A stretch of 64,000 nt of DNA from Seison nebaliae. Its lineage: Eukaryota. Shown piece after piece: positions 26,401 to 41,243 of the stretch. Under the pieces are notes generated by a model. It worked only from the letters and a program-made list of their open reading frames with translations, did not search any database and was not told where the DNA came from. Numbering within the stretch: position 1 is the stretch's first letter; every line of letters starts with the position of its first letter. Position numbers and translations under genes: made by a program. The stretch lies in contig JALJEE010001605.1 of the NCBI GenBank assembly GCA_023231475.1, positions 1 through 64,000 on the forward strand, in the 5' to 3' direction.

Positions 26401-29400
26401 TTATCAGTTGAATCGAATAAGAAAATAGATAAAATTTCTTTTTTGAAGAAAACGACTGATTCCTTTATCTGCCATCGTATCTCCTCTCTAATTCATATAA
26501 TGCTGACTGCCATTCCATCATGTGAATAATAGAATACATTTATATATTTCGATTTTTCTTTTAATTATATCGTCTGGAAGCTTGATGAGAACATGTAACC
26601 ATGAAAGACATTGTATGACTCATACGTTGTCGAATACTTATCATATCGAGAAAAGATATAGAGCATTTGCCGACCAGGAACACAACGATCTAATCAACAA
26701 ACTAAATTATTAATAATATCATGCTTTATTTCATATATATAGTAATTATATAATATTTGTTGTATTTGAAATAACTCTTCACCAACATCCATGTTATCAA
26801 GTGGAATTTACGTAATGAATAAAAACTCGCACTATCTCATTTATTGTAATATTTGAATTATTTCATGTCGGCAAATTAGTTTAGTTGATCTACATAATTT
26901 CTCAAACCTAATGAGTTTTGTGCACTGTTAATGCATTAAATTATTATTACTAACCAATTTTTGAACATTATTCTCCTTCATATTCAGTACTAAAAAATCA
27001 CAAGATATTGACATATCTCGATCCTTATTTGTTAGGAAATGTTAATTTACGTAACTTTGGGTTGAATAATAAACAGAATCAAAATGAACCATGTGTTCTA
27101 CACAAGTACCTTATTCCCGAAATTTCCTTCGTCTTTTCTCCGACAGATAAAACAATTAATTAAATTTTCTATTTATTTTCTTTTCTAATTCCTAATATTC
27201 CATCAATCAATCATCATTCTAATCAAAAGAATTTCATTTTCATAATACTATTTATCATTTCTCATACTATACTTTGCACCTCTCGTCAGTTCGCATCGGT
27301 ATGAACTACTTTCATGAAATACATAAAACATAATAACAATTATAGGTTACTAATTAACCAAATTGATAAGGGAAATGTGTTTTCGTCAATTTCATTGACT
27401 GCTGAAGAAAGTTGTTGGTCGATGTACATGAATATGAAAATTTCGTTTTATCTCAATGGAACTTAAATTTGGTTTATTTGAAATATATTTCAATTCTACT
27501 AAAAAATGAAAACGTTTGATGAAAAACGTGAAAATTTGAAACAAGTTGAATTCGATCTATAATGTATGACGAATTGTAGTTACTTCATAGAATGAAAATT
27601 GACAATTCAGTTACTTAATTTTATGAGAATAGTTCGCTGGAGAAAGAATAAGATAGAAGATTTTAATAAATGATGATTGTCCATGATTATTATAATGTCT
27701 GCTAATATCTCCAATAATACGATGGAGGAGATTAAGAAAAGAAATTTTAAGATATTTATTAATGATTGATCCTGAAGAAGGTATAAGAATCGAATGGGAA
27801 TGCAAAATGCAAACAAAAAAGAATAGATATCAAACATAAAATGTTCATATGCATCAAATAATGGGTAGTAAACTCGATAGGAAATCCCATAATGTAAGAA
27901 ATAGAAGAAAGCAATTAAATCGAGGACCTGCAAGTTGCCTCATTGGAAAAAAAAGGTGAAAATCATAAGAAGAATAATTCCTGATCTTCTTTCTCTATCG
28001 AACATAAACATGGAGATTATAATAAGTATCATAGATATATAAACTGCAATTATAAATGCTGACTGAAATCTTCATGTGCTAAGTTCTTCTGACATTGAGC
28101 ATAACTTTTCTTGTGTTCCATTCGATTCTATACGTCACACGAAAGAGGAAGAGCATTTAGTGACTGAATAATTATTGATTAACAGCGAGATATATCCAAC
28201 AAATTTCTCGAATATTTCCAGATATCATTACACAATAAATGTCTTGAGAAAAATTGTTTAATATAATTATTTGGGGAGGAAACAATAGATTAGATCACTC
28301 TGCTCTCAATAATCGTGAGTCTGCTATGTCAGATAGTGGATAACTAGGAAATATAAGAGGGAAAATTAAAATCTTTTGGCATTTCCCATATTACAAGAGA
28401 TTACGACCACTTCAATTAATTCCACTTCAGTTTATTCTCGAGTCGATTGATGAATTTGATTGAAAAAAAAAAGATGAGAATGAATCAAACATCATTCAAA
28501 TTCAATAATGTAATTTGCGTTGAACAATCCCATATGAACTCTCCTATCAGCAATTATGGTAATATTTTTGGTAATGACAGGTAATATGGAATGCTTCACT
28601 ACCTGCTCTATGTTTCTTGTGTCATCTTCAACATACGATCAAAGTAAAATTAGTTCAAGTAGAGAGCAAAAGATTACCTATTAAGGCTGATCGTGCAGCA
28701 ACCAGTGAAAAATAACGTAACGGGAAAATTGACTAGAAATGAATTGATAAAACTGCAATAATAAAAGGAATCAATCTGTATAAAATTATCCAAGATAGAT
28801 ATCGCCAAAAAAGGATTTTTAACTTCTACTTTTCTTTTCTCATCTACATTAATTTTTGAAGAGAATTAGAATATATTTAAAAAATTTGATATATTCATTC
28901 CAATTTAATTCGAAATCTCAAGATTAACATTACTAATTATCACCAGATTAAACGGTTTAAAACTAAAAATCTTTATATAATTTAGAGAATATACGGATGA
29001 ATATTCGAATAGTCCAAAAGTCGATTCCCCAATAGCAAATTGTCTAAATAAAAAAATTATTTATGTCCTGATAGTTTATAGATTTCTATCCACAAACTGA
29101 ATTTTTCCTGAACATTAAGATGCTGAAATTCTCATGATGATGATCATGATGATGGTGATCATGATGATGATATGATTTCTTAAATTTTGATGGTTGAATC
29201 ATTTAATGAAATCCACATAAAGTATACACATAACCTTCTCCAATTCATAATTGAGGAAAGTGGAAATAAAACCTGAAGTACTAGCTGAAGTAAACTAACT
29301 AGCTGTTCGAAGTGTTGATGTTTAATAGATAAAATTTTCGTGAAATATCCCGTGACTGCCTTAGGGAACTTAAATGAGTCAATTACAAGATATGTGTATA

Positions 29401-32400
29401 TGATAAATTCTTAAAATAAAAGGATAATAATTATATAACTATTGATAGTTGAATGGATAAATAAACGCATAATAAATAGTATTATTCTAATGTCATTTGC
29501 AAATGTAAGACGAAACTGGACGAAACTGGCGAATAAGACAGAAATGGTCAAAAATGGAAGAAAACCTAATAACATGAGAAATGATCATAGCAAATATAAT
29601 AATGATAACATCATCATCAATATTAACAAAAATACCAATTCATATGAATATAAATCTAATGAAATTAGTCGATATTTTTGAATACATAGAAATCGTATGG
29701 GAAACAAAGCTATGCATAACGCATCGCGTTCCGGTTTCGGGAAGCAACTGTCATATTCGCGTAAAATTTATTGTTGAAAATTCTGCATCTTTTTTTTCTC
29801 CATCAAATAACGTTATTCATTCAATTCTTCCATCTTGCTATCATACAACCAATTCGTTTGTTGATGCCATTCGTCGTCTGCGCTGAAAACGTAGACGATG
29901 AGCATTAACATAGTTAAGTCAGTCGTTGAAAAGAAAGGAGAAAGGAAAAAAAGTGAAAACGACAAAAGGGAACGAGGAAGAAGAATGAGAATGAACCGAC
30001 GAATGGGAGAAAGAAGAAGAAGAAGGAAAGATGCACGACAGTAGTGAACATAATGAGAATGATAATATTGATAATAATGAATATTACGAAATAATACGAA
30101 AGAAGAAAGAATAGAACAGAAGGGTACAAGTGTACACGAATGAAAAAATGAAACATTCAACATCTGAATGAAATGAAGATGATGGCAATGCTTATCATGC
30201 TGAGGATAGGAAAAGAAAGAAAAAGAAAAGGAAATCATTTTATATATTTCTTTCTTACTTCTTCCATTCTCGTTTGGTAACAAGTTCCATTTATTATATC
30301 ATATTATATCTCGGACCATTCGGTCATCGGCGTCATTATGATTACGATCATTTTACTTGTTATCATAACTATTATTGTCTTCGTGATAATACGAATTACG
30401 AGAAAGGATCTGCGAGAAATATTAATAATGAGCGAATGAAAATTTTCTAACTGCTATCCTTCCCCCATTCTCCATCCCCCCATCAACAACAAGTGATCTT
30501 TTAAGAAATAATACAGATAGCTAAATAATAAGTGAATGAAAATAAGCCTTCATCCTATTCCTACTTATCATATTCATATCCATCATCTTCATCATTCAAT
30601 TCCTTCTATTCCTTTTCCTCCTTTTTCAATTCTTTTATACTTCCAGCGCTAAAAAATTTATCTTATTCAGTTATTCCTTCTAATATGATTAGATTCAATA
30701 GAAAAAATTCGTTAATTTCTTTCGTTATCATTCCTCCTATTAAATTTTACATTTTCCTTCTCCCTCCTCCTTCCTCTCCTTCCCAATAATTCATTAGAAC
30801 TGAAACACATGCACTCGTGGACACATACACTACTATTTACGTAAGTTCAACATAATATACTTTCCAATCATTATCGTCATTATCACCAGTAACACCATCA
30901 TTACGATTATCATATTAATAATTGATGATCATTAAATTATTATCTTCGACCCGACACCACCCGTAGGACACATCCAACATCTCGAATTACAGAACGATAC
31001 CTAACAAGATGGTGTATTATTAGTTGAAGTGCAATTATTAAATGTTTATGCGGAAACGGAATTGCAAGAACTTTCATACGGTCCCTTTCTCATTTATTCA
31101 GGGAGAATGTATAGTTCTATTTTAGAATAACCTTAAAAAGTCAATACAATAAAGACAGAGTTACTCTTTCATTTATATGTATATCGATATGTGGGAAAAG
31201 GTGGATATGTAATCGGATGTTAATATTTAAATATTGTTTATTGTTCCAATCGAGCTTTCACCTTCCAATATGATATCGACTCAATAATATCACTAAAGAT
31301 ACCTAAGAAATTATCGCAGTATATGAAATTTATTTGGAGAATTATTAATATTCCTTAATATTACCGCAATTTAAATTAACTTAAGCTCAATTGGAGCATA
31401 TTTAATTCCCGTTCTTAAAGTGCTTTTGTAGTTGGTTATTAATTCTATAAAAATACATATTGTTATGCGATTAATCTAATTATTTTAGATTAGATTATCT
31501 ATTTAATCGAATATTATATTTTCTATGAACAGTTTGGGTAATGTTAACACTATACGGATTTTGTGAAGAATAAATTTTCATCTTTTTTTTTTGACAAAAT
31601 ATAATTGATTATGTATGAGATACGAAGATATTTTGATTGACTTTTTTTAATTACCATTTTCATCAACAGATTATTACATAATTTGTGACAGTAACTCAAC
31701 AGGTTAAACCTTAATCTTAAAGTAGTTCTTATAAAATTGTTGAACAAAGTTTATGAAATGAATTTTAAATAATTTTTTTCCCAGAGAGAATTCTTGTTAA
31801 TCGCGTTGAATAACTAAAAGTACAAAAACGGATCGATATTACTTGGACGTCTGGGAACTAATCATAGAAACCAAATGATTTATGGAAAGAAAGTTGTTAC
31901 TCTTATTCCTTCGACATGGTAAATATTTATTGTTTTTTTCATAATGGAAATTATGTCGAATGTTCAAGAATATTTTCAATTGAGAAAAAAGGTAACACAA
32001 TAAATAATCTAACACTAAATAGAAAACGATGAATTTTATGTTTAATATGATTAATATATTTTTGTTTTTAATCTAAATGTTGTTTCTGATATTGTTTCTA
32101 GGTGTAACATTTTCATAATTAGTATTGTAAAACCTTATACAGATAGTAAACACTACTTGGTAATTTGAAAGATTGTTGGAATAAAGCAATTATTATGTAT
32201 ATAGATAGTCTATGATAAAGTAGTTACTTAAAATTATGTTTATGTTAATTCTGATTCAATTTAACGTTGTGACACTTTAATTTCGAATTTAAGTGAATAT
32301 ATATATTAATATGTTTTTATTTTTAATAATTTCATATCCGTATGTGTATACAAGATGAATGAAAATGTAATTGAAAGGAATATGAAAATGAAGAAATTGA

Positions 32401-32711
32401 AGATATTTGAATTTGAAAAAATAGAATTTGAATTCGAAGAAAATTCGATATTGATACATATCTCTGTGTGGTGATGGCGAAGGTTGAAAGATATTTCATA
32501 ATTAATAGTCAATTAATCGTGTGAAAATAAATAATGATGAAGGAATAAGTTACCGGTATATTAATGAACATTTACAAATAACAATAAACTTATGTAATAA
32601 ATATAAGGAAAGAGTGCATTGATGAGCATAAGATATTAACACTTCTCAAAAAAAATATACAAACAAATTTGGAATATAATACATTATTCGATTGATATAA
32701 TCGTTGAAAAA

Positions 32712-33932
32712 TTACCGATCAATATCATTACCGTCGATCGAATGTCTTACTGCACAAATTGTGGAAGTGTCTTTATCTTTCCTCGTGTCTAAATGTGTTG
32801 CCGATTTGGTGGTATTGATCAGATATGAATTATTTCCAAAAATTATTGGTCTTTTTATTCTTTGGATATTGATGAATCGTGGATTGGTGGAACTGGTCGA
32901 TCCGCAATTCCATAAACTACCGTTTTCATTCTTCTCATATAATCGCTTCGTTTGACAACTGGAAGTAGTTGAAGGATTTGGGAAATATGAGGACTTGATA
33001 GCATAATGGATGAGAATGTTCGTCATACGAACATTTCCGGACCGGATCTTATATTGATCAATGAGAACGACATTCTTATCAAAACTCTCCGATTGTTTCG
33101 GTAGAAAATGACTTAATCGAATGTCAACGAAACCCAATTTTTCATCTTTCTGATTCGTTTCCACTTTCCTGATACTCAATCGACAAAAATATTTTTCTAG
33201 TAATTTCTTCATTTCTTCTAACGTCTCCGCATTATTTGTCAAATCGTTATTGTTCGTGAAATTCGAATCATTTCCAACATCGTCATTCCAATAGCGAACG
33301 GATGTTGATGATGTCGAATCTAAATTGGCGGAACTGGCACTTGATTGAACTTGTTTTTCATCCGTCTCTTGCAGATCCATTATTCCGAATGAATGAACAT
33401 TTTTCACACATGTGCTCAAACCTTCATTGATGGAATTCGATTCTTTTCCGTGAAACATTTTCGAAATATTTCCTACATATTCTCTTTCGAATGAAATGCT
33501 TTGATGTGCCAACGGATTCTTTTTTTGAGTCTTTCTCAATTTGACATCTTCATTTCCCTTTTGCTCATCAAACACATTCTCATTCTTATTAACATTTTCA
33601 ATTTCTTTATCATCCTCATCGTCATCCACATCACCATCATTTCCCTCATCATTATTATTATTATTATTATTATTATTAATAGAATTAAGATTGTGATCAT
33701 TTATTTCATCATTTATCGTGAGATTATCATCGATGCCCGTTTTTGTTTTTGAACTACTATCATTATTATAATTTAATTCTTCTTCGAGAGAATCATCCTT
33801 CGTAATTCTATTCATTTTCTCATTCTTGTCATTTCTTTTATTAGAAAAAGAAAAATTATATATGGAAATTATTTTTTTCAAAAAGAACTTTGTTGAATTT
33901 GATCGATTATTTTTCATTTTTAATTGAATCAT
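32712..33932 (-). CDS. Low-complexity Asn/Asp/Ser-rich open frame of unknown function; possibly an upstream exon of the Cav3 gene
   Basis: 406-codon open frame in AT-rich DNA with no recognisable domain. It ends at a potential donor site CG|GTAATT (32715). Confidence 0.55.
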   Translation of the reverse strand: MIQLKMKNNRSNSTKFFLKKIISIYNFSFSNKRNDKNEKMNRITKDDSLEEELNYNNDSSSKTKTGIDDNLTINDEINDHNLNSINNNNNNNNNDEGNDGDVDDDEDDKEIENVNKNENVFDEQKGNEDVKLRKTQKKNPLAHQSISFEREYVGNISKMFHGKESNSINEGLSTCVKNVHSFGIMDLQETDEKQVQSSASSANLDSTSSTSVRYWNDDVGNDSNFTNNNDLTNNAETLEEMKKLLEKYFCRLSIRKVETNQKDEKLGFVDIRLSHFLPKQSESFDKNVVLIDQYKIRSGNVRMTNILIHYAIKSSYFPNPSTTSSCQTKRLYEKNENGSLWNCGSTSSTNPRFINIQRIKRPIIFGNNSYLINTTKSATHLDTRKDKDTSTICAVRHSIDGNDIDR

Positions 33933-36900
33933 AAATTTGAATGAACAATTTCCATTCCAAGTTACTTTATAATCTTTTATCGATTTTCTACAATTTCAAA
34001 TTGATAATATCAATTTATTCTGAAAAAAAAAGGGAAGAAAACTAACACTTCGGAATATTGGACTTGTCGACTCGTTCCATGAGTTAATCTGGCTTTAATT
34101 TGGAACTTCCCCGATAGGAATGGTACCTGAGTCAGGGAATTAATTCGAATATCATACTGATATTAAAATAAGCACATAACATTATTTCAAATAAATAAAA
34201 TAAAAATTAAACAATTATTCTGTCTTTCATTTTTTTTACCTTTTGAGACAGGACGATTATGTTTATTCTATTGTGATGATTACTCTCTCAATTTAGATAG
34301 TCATTCTTCTCCCACATATCATTGCGACCGATTCAATTAAGCGACTCAACTTTCAATGACTTTCTTTTTAAATATTCATCGCATAATGATTCTAAATAAG
34401 AAATTCAGGTAAGATTAATGTTAGCTAGAATATTCGTATTTTATTCAATCGATATTGTGTCAAATGAAAATTTATTATTGGTAGAACATTTTCTTTTCCA
34501 TCACCTTCCGTCGGAATAGAATTTTATGCTCATTCCAATACGTCTCATTGAACATTTAGTTCTACATTAAAAATTCATAAATTTCATAATCGAATAAATT
34601 TTCCTTTCTTCAATTAGTTAAATTCGCTCTAAGTTATATAGCGAAGAGTAAAGGATTATTGGGGGAGTTGGAACATTTCGCCCATTTGACATCTCCAAAG
34701 CTTTCCAAAAAGAATAATTAGTTTACAAATAAGGAAACTAATATAATACTATGATATTCTTATTATAATCATTAATAAAGATTTAATTAGAATTCTATTC
34801 TACTCAACTCATCATCAATCAACTTCTCTCTTTATGTATCGATCATAAATTTTTTTTGTGTGGAACATTGGACGAAAAATGGATATATAAAATACATAAT
34901 TCATTTATTAGCATAAAAATTGAAAATAATTTAGAAGAAATAAAGATAAAATTCATTTTTCCTCAATTCAATTAGAGATTTTTATATTTTTTTAGTAAAT
35001 TGTTCCTTATTATTAACTAACTATCGAGTGTTCTATTACTTTTTCAATTAATCTCGAATTCCTTTCCCATTCAAGTATTCTTATGAGTAGAATATGAAGG
35101 AGAATAACATTAGGCAACGAAAGCAAACGAACATTTTTTTTAATCTAAAACTCGATTACGTTAAGAAATTCGGCATTCGGAACATTCCGTTCCAATTATG
35201 GAGAATGAAAATGGAAATATCTTCTTCAAATGGAATTGGATGTTCCTGAAAGGATTATGACATATTCAATTTGTTTCGTTCTCCTTCTACCATATTTTTG
35301 TTATATAAGATCAACTTCGTCTTTCAAAAATGAAGGAGAGACCAGTTGTTGAGAAACAGCAAACCCCGAAACGAACAATAATTATTCGAACGAAATATTA
35401 TGCACCATAATCTCCTTCCAATATGGGAAATAATAGAACGAGGTAGAAAGAGGTTATTATCGGACTCAAAAAAAACAAGAGGAGAAAATATTCCGTTACT
35501 AAAATTATTATTTCCATCAGAAACATGTAGAAAGGAAGCGATGAATCGAATGAAAACCAAGTGGAAGATGCCTCATATTTCCTTTCTTTTTCGAGAATAG
35601 ATATAATCAAATTAATCTCAATTAGTTCTACTCTTCATAAAATAGTTGAAATGATTTAAATAAGAAAAACACAGTTAATTCACATTCATTCCCATTTACA
35701 TTCCATATCGATCACAGTTATTTCTCAGGTATTTCTTTTCCAAATTCTTTCAACTTTTTACCCTGTGCCAAAAGACAATTATTGATTAAAGAATCTCTTT
35801 CATCATTTCTCAATCAAACACAATACACAGATGGAAAGTACATCAGTAACTGATTAATTTGAAAAGAAAAACAAAAATGAGAATTGGAATATTTCTATTC
35901 CAACTGTCATATTACGAAGAGAACACGCACATCAGAGAAGAAACAAATTAAATTTTGAAAAAAAAAAATAAGGAATGTTTCTCGCTCATTGATTAACAGC
36001 AAGAGGAATTTCCTTTTATCGAAAAATTGCATCAAACAATAAAGAATTATTGTATAACATATTCCTTAGTTATATGTAGCTCGTTCGATGACGAGAATAT
36101 GATATGCGCTTACCGTATGACAGGACCAACTCTCCAATTTAACAAAATAGCTTATTGTTTATGTAACGATTGTGGATGATTGAGAAATAATTATGCGAAC
36201 TACAAATTATGGGGAGAAGTATGGCAAACAATGAAATGAAATATATACATGATATCTAGATAACTTCCAAGTCTAACTTCTACATAAAACGAGGATGTGA
36301 GCACAACAGCACCAAATATCAATAACAGTGAACATATTTTCTTTACATAAATTAATAGAAGAAAATGCCTCTTCTTTATCGAATAATAGATGGAGAAAGA
36401 AAAGAAGAAGAAAACTTACGTAAATGATAAAAGAAAGAATAAAAAACTTATCAATCATCAAACATTATTTATACTAAAGACTTCTTCGTGTGCTAATGTT
36501 ATGTTACATGAAGAAGAGATTAACCCAAAACTATTGTGTTCAATACAACAACACAAAATTGTCAGTTACTTCAAACAAAAATTTCTTTATAAAAACATTT
36601 CTTGTGAACCAGCTGCATATTGACATAACATGTATATGCAAACATAGACACAAAAGTTTTATTAAGAAAAATCAAAAAAATTATAAAATTTCTCAATTTC
36701 ATGACTGTCAATCTTCATGCAATAATTCTCCCCTTATCTTTCTCCAACTAAACTTAATTCTTCCCATATCCAATTTGAATAACGTATTATTAATTAATTT
36801 ATCTAACCGTTCTTAATTCAAAAAACTATGAAAGGATTGATCAAAAATAAACATACCAAGAAATTCAGTAAATTGTTTTTTTTTATTTATCACAAATTTA

Positions 36901-36958
36901 AATTTTCAGCTTTAAATTTTTTCCATTGAAAACTATATACAATCGGTGAGAAATTAAT

Positions 36959-37138
36959 ATGAATTTTTCTGCTGCCGCAACAATCTTCAAATCGTCCGTG
37001 GTTTCGTTACTAATTGTTGGACCGCCAATCTTATACGTCGCAACATGTAAAACGAAATGGATGCAATCGGAAATTTTACCGGATCAAATCGCAAAATATG
37101 GTTTGGATAAAGCAGAACCTTTATTGAAGAAAAATTAA
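36959..37138 (+). CDS. Putative 59-aa single-pass membrane microprotein
   Basis: MNFSAAATIFKSSVVSLLIVGPPILYVATCKTKWMQSEILPDQIAKYGLDKAEPLLKKN*. It coincides with a locally GC-richer island and falls just under the smallest ORFs in the track. Confidence 0.55.
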   Translation: MNFSAAATIFKSSVVSLLIVGPPILYVATCKTKWMQSEILPDQIAKYGLDKAEPLLKKN

Positions 37139-37467
37139 TTGAATGATGAGAATTTATTCTTTTACCTGCCTCCATTATTAATATGGTCACTCATCATTGT
37201 AGACTTCGTTAAAATATATTCTAGAAATAAAAATTGTTTAAGAACGAAATTCTTCTCAATCAATTTTTCAATATCTTTTTTTATAATTAATTAAACAATA
37301 ATTTATTTTAAATAATAGTTTTAACTGGAAAACTTTAAACACTTTCATTGAACTTTAGAAATTGGAGATAATTTAAAATATAAAATGATTGTTGCAGATA
37401 ATTGTTTATTCGATTATAAATAAATGTTTGAAAATATAAATTTTCTTTTTATTCGTATCTCCAATGT

Positions 37468-40400
37468 TTATCTCTTCTTATTTAACATCTCATCTAAAGA
37501 TACTAATTCCACAACGTCCATTAGATTCGTTGCAACATTCCAAATGGGAAATTCTTTCAGACCTGGAAACGAGAAGAAAATTAGAGAATTAAAGAAGGAA
37601 AATATTAACTGTTAATACAATTCCTATAATTTGATAGTTCAGTTAATTCCAACGTATCATAGTTAATTTTGTAATCAACATCATAAAACGTTTTAATTTT
37701 CTCCAATTTTCTATCGAATTCTTCATGAAAATCATAACCTTTCACGTCGTCGATATCATCAAAATCCTGTGTCATATGTTCACCATCACCCGTGAAATCA
37801 TTCTCGTCATTAATCTTTCCATCATCGTCGATCATTTCCGTAATATTTTCTTCTTTTTCCGTTTCTTCTGTTCGATCAACATTCAAAATATAATTAGCCA
37901 TCGTATCTTCGACATCTTCATCAGATTGGACGATTTCTACTTCTGTATCATTATTAATGAGTGGATCATCATCATCATCAAAATCTGATTCATCATCAGA
38001 ACCATTTTCGTAGTTACCTCCATTCGGTTCCGTATTCTCTTTCAACTCTTCAATAAGTTCAATGGATTGATGTAATAAAAATGCTAATGTCTCAACGGAA
38101 ACTGAATCTTCAGGTGATTGTCCCATCAGATATTGTAGAAGTTGTGTCGTTCCATTCGTCAATATTTTCTGATCATGGGTACCTTGTTGTCCAGGAAGAT
38201 TGAAAGCGAAAATTTTAATGAAATGAATCAGAATATTTTGTCCTTCGACAATTCGTTGTTGGACTGATGGAAGAACAATTTTCTTCACTTTCTTCATCTC
38301 AATTTTTGGATGAAGATCATAAAAATTTTTTTTAAATAAATTATTTTGAATTTCAAATAACATTCCCATCGACTCCTTAGGCAAAACTACTAGACCATAT
38401 GACAAAGTGATTAAATGTTGATTGAGTAATGGATCGATGATATCTTCCATTGTCAAAGCTTCGGAAATGAGCAATTTCGAACTGAAATTCTTTTCTAGCA
38501 CTTCCTGCATCATTTTAAAAAATGATTCATAAACGAATTTTAAAATATTCACTCCAATCGAATGATAAGTGACTGGTGGTAAAGATGATGGTGAGACTGG
38601 TTCAACTTTCACAATTGGATCCGAATATTTATTACATATACTGAGAATGACTTCAAATATTTTAAGGATTGCTCGTCCATCTTCTGCATTATCATCTGAT
38701 AATAGACGGCGAAGAGCATTGAACAAATCGAAAAGTTTCTTCGGAGATTTTTGAAAGTCTTCATTCTTCAATAAAAATATCGACAACGGAGTTAAATATT
38801 CGAATATTTCATAAGTTTTTTTCTTTTGATGGAATGATGGAATAATAACATATTCGCAAACATTTTGAATAATTTTCGAACAATATTTCTCATTTTCCAT
38901 AAACATCTCGATCAATGGTACGATTTCTTCTGTAAAATCATCTGATGTCAATCGAATCATACGAATTATTCCAATGGCATAAATATAATGAATCTCTTCA
39001 ATTCCTAACATCTTATCATGATCTTCCACCAATCGATGAAGTATCAGGAAAATTGTCATCATGCTCAAATGTCGATTATCAGCATCATCAATTGTTGAAC
39101 GAACACATTCTAGTTCATCATTAGTCACTTCCATTTCAAGAACATTCCAATAAAGTCGTTTCAATCTCTCTTTCAATTCTTCTCCTTCCATTTGACAATT
39201 GATCGTTCGAATTTCTGCTGATAATTTCGCATCGCCGATCATCTGATAAGATAGTGCGAACAATTCGAACGCGATTTCCAATGATATTAATGACGTTTCT
39301 TTCGGATAATAATCAATTAACGAATCGACAACATCTGCCAATTCATCGAATTCCGTTTGACGATATCGAAGAATGACACATCTCATAATAATCGTTAAAT
39401 CATTATTAACAATCTCTTTCATCAATGGAACGGATGAAATCCATTTATCGATTGATATGATTGCTTGAACTTTTGATACAATTCCATTATCATCATTATC
39501 ATCATCATCATCATGATTATCGGTATTTTCAATTTTAATTTTAACATTTCTCACATGATCTTTAATCGTCGATTTCTCTAAGAGTTCTTTCCCAATTAAT
39601 GATTGGATATAACTCCTCCTCTCATTCTCAATGTCGTTAGCACAACCCATTTGATATAAAAGAATTGCATAAATCTTTCCGATCATTTCATTGTCGAATG
39701 GAAATTCTTTCAATTCTCCCAAACACCATAAACATCGAATGACTAAAAATGAATTCTTATCACTTAACAATTGTGGAATGATACATTTGTTAACGATGGT
39801 TAATACTGTTTCCATATATTGATGATTCTTCACCATCAACGGTGCAATACATGCCAACATATTCAATCCACCATCTAAATGTCGAAGGAAAAGTTTATCA
39901 TTTCCTTTATTCATAAATTCCATCGATTCCTGTAACAATTGACATGTAATTTCCATAATTTCATGCAATAATCCTTTCCTAGTTCTCGCTAATAATGTCA
40001 ATAATCGTTGACAACATCGATCGACAGGATCAGAAGTGGAGAATGCATCTAATTTCACCGCGATAAATTCCAATGGATTATCATTGAATAATTTCTCATG
40101 TTTATCAGAGAGACACATTAATGGATAAATTATTTCTCGAATTAAATTATTCATTATCGTCTTGATATGTTTCCACGTATAAGAGTTCTCAATTCCCATT
40201 CTTAAGAAGCAAATAATATCAGAAATTGTTGCATCCGATCTAAATTGTATAATTTTATCATTCTCTTTCGATAAATAAGAAATGAATTCTTTCGTGAAAA
40301 TTAACGAATATTCTTTTCGCCACCATCTGGCAAATTCAATATAAATCTTCTTACAATTAGCAGGTGAAGCATAACGTTCGAATATCATAACAAGGAAATG

Positions 40401-41243
40401 AGTACACCATTTCTTCAATTTCACCCAACAACATTCCGTTAAACGATAATGAACATCTTCTTCATCTTCATCTTGTGTTCTCTTCGGTAACGGTGGTGTT
40501 TCACATTTCCACATAATTAAAATTTCATTCATCCATTCACTCATGACTTGATTATTGAAGATATCTAATGATAAATTATATTTGCAAGTTCCACGAAGAA
40601 TTTTCAAAATTATAATTTTCAATTCAGTTGCTTCTTTCGACGTATCGTTTCGAATGAGTTCACAAATATTTTTGAAATAAGGAAGAAATTCTTTAACGGA
40701 TTTCTCGAAGATTCTCCTTTTGTCGGGTGGATTAAAAATACAACTCTTCACTAATTGATAATAAGCACGACAAGCATCGTACCATTTAAATTTATTATTT
40801 TTTAATTGATCCAGAATGTCGTCGAGGAAAGACGAACATTCTTCAGGGAAATCCGAACGGAGAACTTTATAAATGGATTGAAGAATTTGTAATTTCATTA
40901 AATCGCTATTACTCTCATGAAGTTTGAATAATAATTTTCCCATAATTGATCGAAATTCACGTCGAACTTCCATTGGCAAGAAGAACTTCTCTTGTTTAAT
41001 CAAATCTTTCGTCAATTCCGATGTCTGAATTGGCAACCAATTCTTCGTCACTAAATTCTTAATGACAGTTGCAGCTGCCAATTTCACGTCATTCGGAGTA
41101 TTTTCATTTAGTAGACACATACAATACAATATTAATGTATCGCCTTTCTTATTGAGTTGGTCCAATTGTTTGGAAGCTTCATTAGCCGTCTCTGGATTGA
41201 GACTATTCACTAGTAATTGTTCAACTTCTGTTAAACTTGTCAT
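37468..41243 (-). CDS. IPO7: Importin-7/8 family karyopherin
   Basis: IBN_N-like start (VKLAAATVIKNLVTKNW), WVKLKKWCTHFLVMIFERYASP motif and acidic C-terminal loop. A single intron 37609-37563 adds a short last exon; stop at 37470-37468. Confidence 0.82.

Noticed and set aside
26522..32512. Numerous 60-156 aa ORFs in the gene-poor region
   Set aside because: Phe/Ile/Leu-biased translations of low-complexity AT-rich or purine-skewed DNA with no domain signal.
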